Assembly (NCBI GenBank): GCA_964036045.1
Contig: OZ038378.1
Span: forward strand, 10,726,001 to 10,790,000
From: Eutreptiella sp. 'Long Island Sound 2002'
Taxonomy: Eukaryota > Protista > Euglenida
Reading direction: 5' to 3'
Length of the DNA: 64,000 nucleotides
Below, in pieces: positions 49,501-61,401 of this stretch. The notes beneath the pieces are model-generated. The model searched no databases. It had not been told where the DNA came from and saw only the letters and a list, made by a program, of their open reading frames with translations. The position numbers and the translations under genes are program-made. Position 1 is the first letter of the stretch, and each line of letters opens with the position of its first letter.

Positions 49501-52500
49501 GCGCCTGCGTGCAGTCAGCCATGTGTGCACCGGCGTCTACCCACCCCAGTTTCTGCCTGCACCAGGCCCTCATCAGCCATATGCTCCCACGGCATCGAAT
49601 CGAGACCAACAATCCAGCTGGCAGCAGCCGCTGTCACCGTCGTGCGCACGAGAGCACCAGCCCTGTCAGTGTCTCGTGTCGCAGTGGCGGCTGTCAGTAG
49701 CCGCCAGTACAGGGGCCCAGGTGAGCCACCCCTGGGCTGTCGCACCCTTCTTGTACCTGCTAGATGCCGCGATCCTTGTGGCCGCAAAGAAGCGGCCCAC
49801 GCCTGTCCCAGCCTCCAGCCTCGAGGCAGCGGAACATAATTGTTCCGGCCCAACAAGGAAAAGGGGCGGGAGGGGAGGACCATCCATGCCTGTCACTTTG
49901 GAGGGTAGACTCCTTATCGTTGTTGGGTTTTTTTTTTTTGGCCTGTCTGGCTTCCAGTCCTGCAGCAAGGGAACGAGGAAGGAGGGAACCCCGGGGGGCA
50001 GGCTCCCGGGTTGTTGGCTACAGCTGCTAGGCAACCACTTGTCAACCAAGATCCCAAGAGGTACTACCTGCACTGCACACGCACTGCACACCGTGCGCGC
50101 GCCAGGTCGAGTTTTGGAACAAACTGTGGGGAATGGTTGCTTGGGGATGGTCACTGTTAATTTTTGGAGGCTTCTGGATAGCTGCGGTTAATTCCTGTTG
50201 GAGACTGCAAGCACCGGCCATCGCAGATGCCCAAGATGCAACCGTACATCACCGACACCCCAGAACAACGGGGAGCAGCGGGGGATAAGCCCCGTGGTAG
50301 AAACTGATTGTGGTTGATAGCAACACCTGATTGGACTGGATTTTATCCCAAAACCCGCAGGATGCAGGCTGGAAGGACCTGGACGTTGCGCACACATCGC
50401 GACACGCCAATATGGCCCAGAGGCACGAGATGGGGAGTGGATGCATATGCGTTCCGGGATGCGGACCGGACTTCCCAGACGCCCCGGGAGGTCGAAATGC
50501 AACGGCAGATGCGCCCAGGGATACGGACCGGAAACAACACCACGGGGGGACCGAGACGCAGACGGGAATTACCGACGTGCACTCCGGACCCAACATCAGG
50601 AAATACATCCTGGACTGCCCACACGGCATGCACCGGCATATGCGCCGGGATGCAGAGCGGATATATCATGCACACCGACATACAGACCGGAAGCACCAAA
50701 TATGTCCCAATAAAAACATCTTTTCCAACAAAAACAGTTCAAATTTGACCACATCTGAGGGCAGCGCACCTTCACAAACTTGAGAAATTCCGCCGGGTTG
50801 GCCTTTTGGTAGTGGCACTTTGTCAACACCTTCTCCAAATCCATCATCCCATCCAGCACGGCCTTCCGGAGGCTTGTCAGCGTGTCTGCACACGGCCCCT
50901 CCGTCAGTTCCGCGACTGCCTCCTGCCTCGCAACAATAGCCGCGGGCTTGAGCAGAGGACAGCACAACCACTGGTACAAGAGCCGGGCGCCGAAGGGCGT
51001 GCGTGTGTTGTTGAGGAGCCAGTACAGCGAGCCCTTCCCCTGCCAAGCCCTGTGCCCGAAAGAGCCTGCGGCAAGCGATGACGTCGACTGGAGGATTTCG
51101 AGATTTGCTAAAGCGGCAGCGGGCAAGAGCATGTGGTTGCGCGACGAGAAGTGCTCAAAGTGCCGCCCCTCCTGCAAAAGAAGAAGCAGCAAATCCAGTT
51201 GAAGCTGCGCGTCTGTAATTGTGCAGAATATCCAACAGAGTGCTGTGGCCTACAGGTAAGTTGAAGCTGCACAACTTGAGGTATTTCTTTCATCAAACTC
51301 TACACGGATCAAACAGGCAGATGAAGGTGAAATGTTCCTTCGTGGTGTGGACTTTAACTCTGATGATAAAAACGTGTCTCAAACTGTGCAGCTTCACGTA
51401 CGCCAGAGAGCGGACACCTTCTGAGTGTCAACCTGTTCGGTTGCGAATGATCAGGGAATGCTGAGATAAAAACATGTCAGTCCCCGAGCTACGGCGGTCT
51501 TGGGCCGGACTGTGGTCCGAACCCACGGAACGCCGTAGAGTGCAGCGACACCGCACCACGCAGCTGTCTGGTTCGATCCCGGGTGTCGGCATTTATTGGT
51601 AATTGATTCGCATTTATGATTCCTATGTTATGATGCAACGCCTCGAACAGCAAGCCGACATAGCTCAGCTGGGAGAGCGTTAGACTGAAGATCTAAAGGT
51701 CCCTGGTTCGATCCCGGGTGTCGGCACTCAGCGAAAGTGTGTCCTTGCCACTGCACTGAGTAAACCGAGGAGCACTTTACAGCAGTTTTTGCCACTGCAC
51801 TGCGTGCCCTCCGGTACTGTACCGTAGTACTGTACCGTAGGGCACTGTACCGTGGGGCACGCAGTGCAGTGGCAAAAACTGCTGTAAAGTGCTCCTCGGT
51901 TTACTCAGTGCAGTGGCAAGGACACACTTTCGCTGAGTGCCGACACCCGGGATCGAACCAGGGACCTTTAGATCTTCAGTCTAACGCTCTCCCAGCTGAG
52001 CTATGTCGGCTTGCTGTTCGAGGCGTTGCATCATAACATAGGAATCATAAATGCGAATCAATTACCAATAAATGCCGACACCCGGGATCGAACCAGGGAC
52101 CTTTAGATCTTCGGTCTAACGCTCTCCCAGCTGAGCTATGTCGGCTTCCTGATGTTACCGCGAATCATGAGGACCGAGGTCGTCATATATGATAAATGGT
52201 GATTTTTCTCCCTTTGAGACATCGGGACCCATCTGACCCAACATCTCAGGCAATAGCCAGATTTTTGAGACATCCGGGACACATCTGATTCCAAACTTTC
52301 AGGCAAAAGCCAGATTTTTCAAGATCTGGATCCTTTTTTCAAGCGACAGCTGAAGGAATACGCTTCCCCCAAGGGCCACGCAGAAGACTAGAGTCCAGAG
52401 CCACAGGTGCTAAATGCACTGATTCCCTGCTTCCTCCAATGACGCACGTGTGCTCAACATATGGGGTAGCAGGCTTGGCTGAACAGGGTGCAGGCAGATG

Positions 52501-54015
52501 AGGAGGGCAGGGTACAGGGCTCATGCAGAAGAGTCCGACGCAAGAAGCGCAGCGGCCCCTTTGAACTGCCCGAAGGGGGCCATGACAGATGTGGCGCGAG
52601 CACGGGATGAAAGGCGTGGGGGGCAGGGAAGGGGGGGGTACACAAAGAAGCGTGACCCGCGTACCTGCCCCAACGGGGACGAGCACTGCCGGAGCAGATG
52701 CTGAAGCTTGAAGGGCCTCAGGTACTCCAAAACAACCCCGAGACTCCCGACCACTGCCTGCGGCAGTGCCTGCACCTCCTCCAAAAGCGCGGGTGAGTCC
52801 CCGGGCTTTGGTTCGAAGAACTTGAGGACGCGGTCGCGCTGTGCCTCGGGCCCGAAGAGGCGGGCCGGCAGGGTCTCCAGGTGCACGCAGCCCATCCGGT
52901 CCAGGTCCTGGGCACCCGAGGTCTGGCCCCACGTGTTGACACCCAACTGTAGGATCATGCCTTTGGTCAGTGCCGACAGCGAATCCGGGATCACCACCTC
53001 CACCGGCTCCATTTGGTACAGCCGCGTTTCAAGTTCGCGGCGCAGGGGGCCATCCTCGAAGGTGTCCCACACAATGGCACCTCCGGTGGTGAGGGACACG
53101 GCAACGAGCGTGACCTGAGCCAGAGAGGGGTATGACGATGACTTTGACGCGACGTTCTAGCTTTACTTTGGGGGGCGAGTGGCGCCATCAACGAGAGACT
53201 GCTGACAGTGGTCTCCAGCCTTGCATAATCGGACATGCCAATTGTGTCCGGCAGGAGAACTGAGGTTGGGGATTAGCACTGCATCATTTGCAACTGAGAT
53301 AGGAACAGACGCCGCACCGATTTCCGCGTCGCACTAAGCATAAATGTTGGGGTGAAGGAGGGCGGCGGGCGGTATACTCCTTCCAAAGAACCTTTTCTGT
53401 GGCGGGGGTTGTAGGTGCTGCTGGAGTGGCAAGAGGTGTTGAAGTCTGTGGGGCGTGTCAGCCTGTGCTGATGTCTTTGGGGGTGGCTGAACGTGCTGTG
53501 GTGTGTGCTGGAGTGGCCTGTTGTGCGCACGCGTCAGTTGGAGTGGCTCGTTGCGTTGATGTTGGAGTTGCAGTGGATAAGGCTGAACGTTCCGCTGGTG
53601 ATGCCGCCTGTGTAAGGTTCGAGATACTCCGGCATGGGCAGACACACATCTACAGCCACCACCAAAGCACCCGTCGTTTTCCCCCTCCCAGACCTGCACG
53701 GTCTTCGGGTTGCCTTCCAGAGGCACAGCTGCGTCGGCGGACGTCTCGGAGATAATGAGCAGGCGGTTGTGCTCAGACTTGTACAGCCCCATAGTACTGC
53801 CTTGTGTGTCGTGCCCCTGGAAGCTGTCGTCCTCCTGGAGAAGAGAGAAGAGTGTGTTGGGGTGTGGTCAACAGTGTGCCGGGTCAAACGACAGCTGGGG
53901 CTGGGGCGAGGACCGCCACATGCAGGCACAGCCATGGCAAGGGCCAAGACGATGATAGAGGGAGCTCCAGCAGGTTGGTCGAGGGCGACAATATGCTTTC
54001 GTGATGAAAAAAGGG

Positions 54016-54086
<71 letters not shown>

Positions 54087-57000
54087 GGTGTGGGTGTGTG
54101 TGTGGATTGTGGCTGTTGCAAAAGTAAGGTAATTGCGAAACTTAATTGTTTTCGACCTTGGAACGCCCGGTGTGTGGAGTCCAGTCCCGCTTTGGCAAAA
54201 AATCCTGCAGCCGGTAAGCAATCTGCTGCAACCCAACCTTCTCCTCAATCACCTTCTCCCCATTCCCTCTTTGTCTCCAGTGTTACCTAGTGCCGACTCC
54301 AGTGTTACCTCACCAACCCACCTTGGAATTCCGTAGGCTATTCTGCACATCTTAGGGTTCGGGGCTGCTGGGGACGACAGCTGGCCTACATTTACGAAGC
54401 AGTGGGTGCGTCGCCAACACGCCCTACAGCATTAGCCAAGATGGAGTCCCTGTGTAGGTAATCGAGGGGGAGGGGCGTGTTGGCGACGCACCCAATGCAT
54501 TACCTACACAGGGACTCCATCTTGGCTAATGCTGTAGCTCCTGCAGCTCCCCACGCTGAGGCTGAAGATTTGTGGTCCAAAAAGGCCCCCTCAAAAGGTT
54601 GCATTTGATTCCTTTCCCGTAGCTTTCATGGAGGGGAGGATGAAGCAAACAGCACCACCACCGCCGGCAAGCAACAAGCTACAACTACAGCCCGAATCCG
54701 TTTGCCCCATTTTTTTGATGTATTCCTTGACTTCCCACATCTCAGGTTTGAACCAAAAACTGAATGATGGTGGCTGGACTTGTAGGAGGGGGGGTTGGGC
54801 CTGGAGACTGGGGGGATGGGGCTGGCACTCAGAGAAACGAGGGGGCCTCAGAAGAAGGAGGTTTGGACTTGCAAAAGGGGGTGATTTGGACTCTGATTCG
54901 CCAGCCAATACTTGGAGGAGGAGGAGGGCGATTCGGCAGCCAAAGTCTGGCTGGGGTTGAAGACGGAGGCTTGGGCACAAATAAGGACGTGGCAATCGGT
55001 GACCGGAATAAAGGTGGCACGGGTAAACATTTTGGTCAATTTACGCTCGAAGGGCTTGGAGCTGTTGGCCTCCCGGAAGGCCGCAGACTCGGTCTGGTGA
55101 ACAACGCCCACCTTGTACCCCAATCCCACAAGCCGGTCCACATGAAAGTACAGCCGCTGCACCGGAATGCTGGCGGTTAAAAAAGGCTCCCCCTCACGCT
55201 GAATCAGCATAATCTTCAAGTGCTTCGCCGCCACCTCCGCGTCTCGCCCGAAGAAGCGGAATTTGTACCCACACTCCACAAACAGCACCTGAGGGACAAA
55301 AAGACAGACGAACACACAAACGCGTGAATGCACAAAACCTGCAGGAGGACGCAAGAACCTCAAACGCCGGGAAACACAACTGCATACAACAACAGAACGG
55401 GTGCCAGTCCTGTTAGGGCTGTCCCGAGCATCCTGCCTTGCCTGTTTGCAAAGTCTCAAACCCTCACCCAAAGTGTACTTACCAATTCCAAGACATCCAG
55501 CCTGAACAAGCTGTTGATGAGCAGCTAAAGCCAGACACCCCCGGCAAAGGTTGGTGGGGGGGTAGACACCATGCCGGACATTTTCGGCAATACTGACTGG
55601 CTGGGGATGGGTGGCACCGGACTACCGGACTCCACATGTTGGCTGGGGTTGATGGAATGAATATCATCTGTTTTCCTTTCTTCCCATTTCATTCTTGTCT
55701 TCATGCACCATGACAACGCACATGCGCCCGTGGGGCAATGATCGGCAATGAGCCTCAGGCGAAGCGAGAGCAAGTGAACCGCACGGACACGCTGCCCTGT
55801 TGGAGAGTTCAGCCGCATCTCCAAATATCTGCCCGAACTTAATGCACACTCTGATCGCAACTCTGCAGTGCGAGTTTCAGGTATTGCATGCCACGCAAAC
55901 AAGGTCCCCCGCACCGGCAGTGTCCAAAGTGGCCGAAATCCTCCTCCTCTGAGCTTCTCAGCCCCACAACAACATTACACACTTCGGGTGCAGGCTGGTG
56001 CCCAGTGATCCCCCAGGGGTAGGGGACGAGGGAGTTAGAGGTTGGGGCCAGGGTCAGCCCAACCACCCACCAAAAATACCCCACTCGCCAGATGCGGTGC
56101 CCCCCGTGGCGTGTGATGTTGGTCACTCTGCAGCCAGCCCTAGCCACCCGACAACATTACCAACTGAGGCTTGTGGCCTCGGGACACCACCTGTGATGCA
56201 AGGCAACTTCAAAGAATCCATGTTCTCGAGTGATTTTGAGGATTCTTGCAACCCCAGAGCCCCCCAGCCCCTGAACTGAGAATGACGCAGCGCTGGTGCC
56301 ATGGGGGAAGCGGGCTGCAATTGTGAACAGTGTCACTCTCGTCCACGCACACTTTGCCCCCCCGAACTGACCGCGAGCATGTACTACGCGGTAACAGACC
56401 CGCGTTTATAGTACACCCGCCCCGACCTCTGACTTCAGGAGACAGCCAATGGCAAGGTTGCTTGTTAAGAGGTTGATGAGTATGAGCTGTGATGGTCCGA
56501 ATGGTGCCTTGATCACCAACTCTGGCCTGGCCCAGTATTGAGCAATTGAGTTCTCCATATTTGGCTCTGGTGAATACGGTTGCCCCTGTCGGTCGTGCTC
56601 TGGGAGTCTGGACCCCAAGAGGACACTGCATTTTGAGAAGGCGGATGCACATGTGCACAACTTGCCTTGCAGCCCCCCTCCCCGTCCCCCATCTCCTGTC
56701 CCATGCCTCCATCTGTCAGCGCCAGTGGGTATTGGGGGCAGAGGGCAACGTACATGAGCAGTGGCACACCCTGTTCCCCATCTTTTGGCATGCCAGTCAT
56801 CCGGATGGGTATTGGAGGTCATTAACCTCTGTGCAAAGGCCTCATTTTTTGGACACCAGGTGTTCTCCAGTTTCGCCTATGGGGCACACCCCTTTGTCAC
56901 CCTGCCCACACTGCACCCCACCTGTGGTGGAATGTCCCGTAATCTGAGTATGCTACATGTTGGTGTGTCCCTTCCAGCGGGGCCTTTAGCCCGCTGCAGC

Positions 57001-59618
57001 ACAGTGTACACGTCCAAGCACTATCACACACATTACCATCAACAAACAGCAACCTACCACTGCACACATTTGCACACCATCTGTATGCCGTGTGCAAAAG
57101 CAGGCCTCGAAACAAGCACACAGACATGTTTGGCATACCACGTCTTTATTCTGGTTTTTGATGGCCACATACTGCTCCTCGAGTGGAGTCAGCTTCTCCC
57201 GGACCCTTGTTCCCGTCGTGACAATGTCCGCTTGGCCCGTGCCCTGATGCAATGAGGTTGGCACATTGGGAAAGTGAGGCTGAGAGTGCGCGGCAGGTGG
57301 TGAACCATTTGGGGACGGATTGGGAGGATTGGCGCTTGAAAGGCAACACGCACTGGCTCCAACTGTCCACAAACGCACGTGCACTGATTTGGGGTTGGCA
57401 AAGGACAGGGTAAATGGTGGGGGCAGTACTCCACGAGGGCATAGGGGGAAGGCAGCATGCACCCAGGACGGCTGCACAAGACTTTCAAGTCAGGGTAGGC
57501 ATGTCCTGACAGACAGGCAGTGTAGACGGAACCTCCGGAGCACTGACCTTGTTTGGCAAAGCAGTCCTGAAGGAAGCGATTCACAGAGGCTACTTCTACT
57601 AGTGGTCCTTTTGTTTTGCCTGGGACCAAAATCCACCAAACCTGACTGTTTTTTGTTTGCTTGACTTTCAAAGTGTGCGACTGTCGCTGACTGGCTGACA
57701 GTGCTACGAAAGTGCTCAGATAAGATCCTGGAGTCTAGTGTCTCTGAGATCTGACAATGTCAAACCCCCACAGGGTAAGTGTGTTGATGGGGTTGTTCAT
57801 TTCATGTCTGCTGGTTAGAGAACACTGTCTAGCACAGCATGTGCTGTTATGCCGTGAAGGCAGAATCAGAGTATCGTGGGGAACGTACAGTGTCCGTATC
57901 CAATAGAAGCGCCGACACATCAAACCCAAATATGCAGCGTCTAGTGTCTGCATGTCGTGCTACAAGCCCAAGGGGGCGAAGACGGGTACACCTCAAAATT
58001 GAGCAAAGTTGAAGAGTCAACTGGAGCCAGTGGCCCATACACCAGTCATACCGGCAATGTGTCAGACCCATTCCAATCAAAGGAGGTCGACTGGGAAAGC
58101 AAGTTACTACCCCTTGGCATAAGAGAAATTGGCGGGGAAAAAACAGGACGCCCCAACTTCCTACGCGATAGATGCTGCACATGCTCCCCAGGGCGACCAC
58201 TCCAGTGGTAGTGCAACTGGCATCGGAAACAGTCGATGCCCGTCTGAGCCCCACTAGTGTCGCTCCTCTTCCGCCGCAGGCAGAAGAGTATGACGAGGAG
58301 ACGCGCCCCCTGCCGCTAACGGAGCCGGTGGTGGGGTGCACTGCTCCAGGCTGGGCCGCCTTTTTGCCCTATGTGGGAAAGCAGCATGACGTGTTCTTAG
58401 GTACCTCTGGAAAAAACTGGAGACACGCCACCCTGCCACCCATGGTACTAGTGGAGGGGCGCGCAGCTGCAGGGGTAGGTGGCAGGGCTGCCCCAACAGC
58501 CCCCGGCCATGTTGGGTTGATGAGGAACTGAACCTCCAAAATCCACAAAACCTGACTGTGAAATGTAGGGTGGGTTGTCCATCCTGCATAGCATAGTGCC
58601 AAAAACACAGCAGAACAGCACATGCACCCCCCCCGCCCTGCGCGCGCACACACACACAAACACACACACACACACGATCAACGTGACAAACAGGCACTGG
58701 TTGATCCATCAGATCTCATCATGCGAAATGGCAGACAAGAGACATGTGGGACACCATGGACCTTCGTGCAGCACGAAAGGAAACGGAAGCGAGTTGAATC
58801 CGGAGTGGTCCAATCCAGCATGCAGCTCGGTCGCGCGCGCGCGCGCACACACACACACACACACATACACACACAGAAACACAGACACATACGCACGCAC
58901 CCACGCACGCACACGCATACAAGCACATGCATACATGATAGCAGAAGCACAGATAAGTGTCACAGAATGCTCAGCAGGCCAGTGCAGACAAAGGTAACAA
59001 GGTAACAGACGGAAGTGCAAAAGATAGGCCCCTTTTTGAACAGTGACAATAGGCTGAAATGTACGTGGGGTTTAGTGAATGACGATGCACACGTGTGAAG
59101 AGTGACTGCACAAGCATCCAGCAGTGCTGCATGTCCCTGCGGATGGCGAGAAAACAAACTAGCAGTGATGAGTGGAGGGTCCTGTGCAACCTTTGAACTT
59201 GGTGTCACACCAAAAACATTGGCAACGGGCAAACCGACTGCCTTGTGCCAAGCCACTGCCCAGACCTGGCTTTTGGAGGCCATAGCCGCCTTGGAGCGTG
59301 CCATGGGGAACTGGTTGCATAGTGTTGGGTGTAACCACCCAACCACGCACACACCGGAAATGTTACATGAGGCATTGTTGTGCACTTGAAAAGCCCTAGA
59401 GTTCCGCTGCCCCTTGGTCAAGCGTGCAAACACATAATGCTGGATAGATGCCCAGAAGAGAGGCGGCACAACTGGTGCAACGAATGACCCGACGCTGAAA
59501 AATTGGAAGGAGAGAGGAAGTGGTGCAGTTTGGGTGGCGGAACACGCACATACTTGCAGAAACCATGGATGACTGAGTACAGCTTATCACGAGCTTTAGA
59601 AACTGGTAGGGGCAGTGC

Positions 59619-59671
<53 letters not shown>

Positions 59672-61362
59672 CGCTCGCTCGCTTGCTTAATCCCTTGCTC
59701 GCTCGCTCTCTCTTTCTCCTCCCTCCCTGCCCCTCCCTTTATCTCTACCTTTCTCGCTTGCTCATTTGCTGACTCTATCTCTCTCCCTCTCTTTCCCTCC
59801 CCTTCCTTCTCTGTCTTCCCTCCTGTGTGCCCCAATGTCCATTCAATCAACATTCATTCATGCTTTCGTCAATGTGATCACTAGGCCTTTGGAAACACCC
59901 TCCCCCCCATACATACTTCACGGACACACACGCGCGTGCACACAGGCAAGGATACAGGAGGGCGCAGAACAATTAATGCCAAGTTAATGTAGACAAAGAT
60001 GGCAGACAGGCCGCACACACGCAAACGCAATCCGCTGCCTTGAAATTCGGCCCGCAATCTTTGCGGCTTCGCATCGGCCATTGCATTCGATGTTGGCGTC
60101 CCTCGTCCCTCGTCCTTCATCAGTCTGTGATTCAGCCCATCTTTTCGCTGTGGTTTTCACAGTGCCATATCAATCACTTTACACAGGGTAGATGGTGCAC
60201 GACATGACGGGTCTCCCGGGCTTCTTCTTCTGCAAACGTTGTTCCGCTTGTTCAGACCTGTGGTACTTTCTCTGCAATGCCAAAAGGCTGGGTTTGGGAG
60301 TGACCTAATCCCATCTGACTTCATCCCGATATTTTCTCTGACAAAGTTCTGACTGTCCGGTGCTCGAGCTGCACGACACGATGGGTCTCCCGGGCTTCTT
60401 CTTCGGCAAACGTTGTTCCGCTTGTTCACACCTGCACATAACTGCGAGCTGCCTTTGTGATACAGTAGCAGTAGTGGATTGTGGTCGAAGGGTGTGCTAC
60501 ACACTGGGGCATGGGGCGTTGAACTTGCCCTCCGATGGGCTTGCCTACATCCGGCAGCACCACCTACAAGACACCTAGCAGGCCCCAAAGCCATAAAACC
60601 CACAATTATATCATTCCCCCTAAAAATGCCCACTACCACAACTGAGTGAGGCACACCGAGATCAATTATGCACCCCCCTTGTGGGCTCGCAATACCAAAC
60701 CAATGAAGAGCAATTGACGTCGGGAGCCCCCATCTAGATAGCTGGGAGGCACAGAGCAAAAAATGAAGACCAATTGAGAGGCAGCATCAGAGATGCCATT
60801 AGACCCCAGCATGCTGGGTCTGCCAGATGTGAGGGCAGTGGTTGCCCAGTGTGGGTGTTGTTCTGTGGTTACCGCTGACTTGATTGCATGGCGCTTTTCA
60901 AAGAAGAGGACTGCATCTTCTCCCATGTTTCCATGCCTCTGGGGGAGTGGTGTTTACCTGCTGGAGGCTGCCCGGTGTGTTTCAAACTGCTTCTGGCGGC
61001 TGCTTAGCTTTTTCACAGAGCATAATAGCATCTCTGAACACGAAAACAATGTTAACGCCCCCCACGATAACAATGTCACCCTCTCAGAGGAGAACAACAC
61101 GCCTAGAATCGCCAGGGCCGCTGGGCATCTCTGAAATGGAATTCAGTAGTAGTAGGGGCAGGGCTACCTCACGCAGCATATCTTGAGCACACTGCACAAA
61201 ATTGGACGGACCCGGCAGCTTTGGTGCCTCCAAGCATCCCTTTGTGCTGCTGAATGGATGGATTTGGCAGCATGGTACAGCATGGCGCAAGCCAGTAACA
61301 GTAAGGCATCTTGCCTTGTTCCTGCTGTGTCTGAACATTAGTGGGCAGGAAAACCTCCAACC

Positions 61363-61401
<39 letters not shown>

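Larger units (their letters stand above)
51568..52096. repeat. Perfect inverted repeat: arms 51568-51809 and 51855-52096 (242 bp each), 45-bp spacer
   Basis: Arms compared by eye with no mismatch found. The left arm begins with the 3' 24 nt of a truncated tRNA-Phe. The spacer holds ACTGTACCGT x3. Confidence 0.93.

Noticed and set aside
51419-51429. TTCTGAGTGTC, an 11-nt match to the Euglena spliced-leader exon as I recall it
   Set aside because: The T-rich TTTTCG end and the following GT donor are missing, so this is compatible with chance.
51480-51567. Hairpin-like sequence with a GGGTTCGGACC B-box-like motif next to the tRNA fold-back
   Set aside because: I could not build a cloverleaf or match it to 5S, 7SL or U snRNA by eye; an Infernal/Rfam search would be needed.
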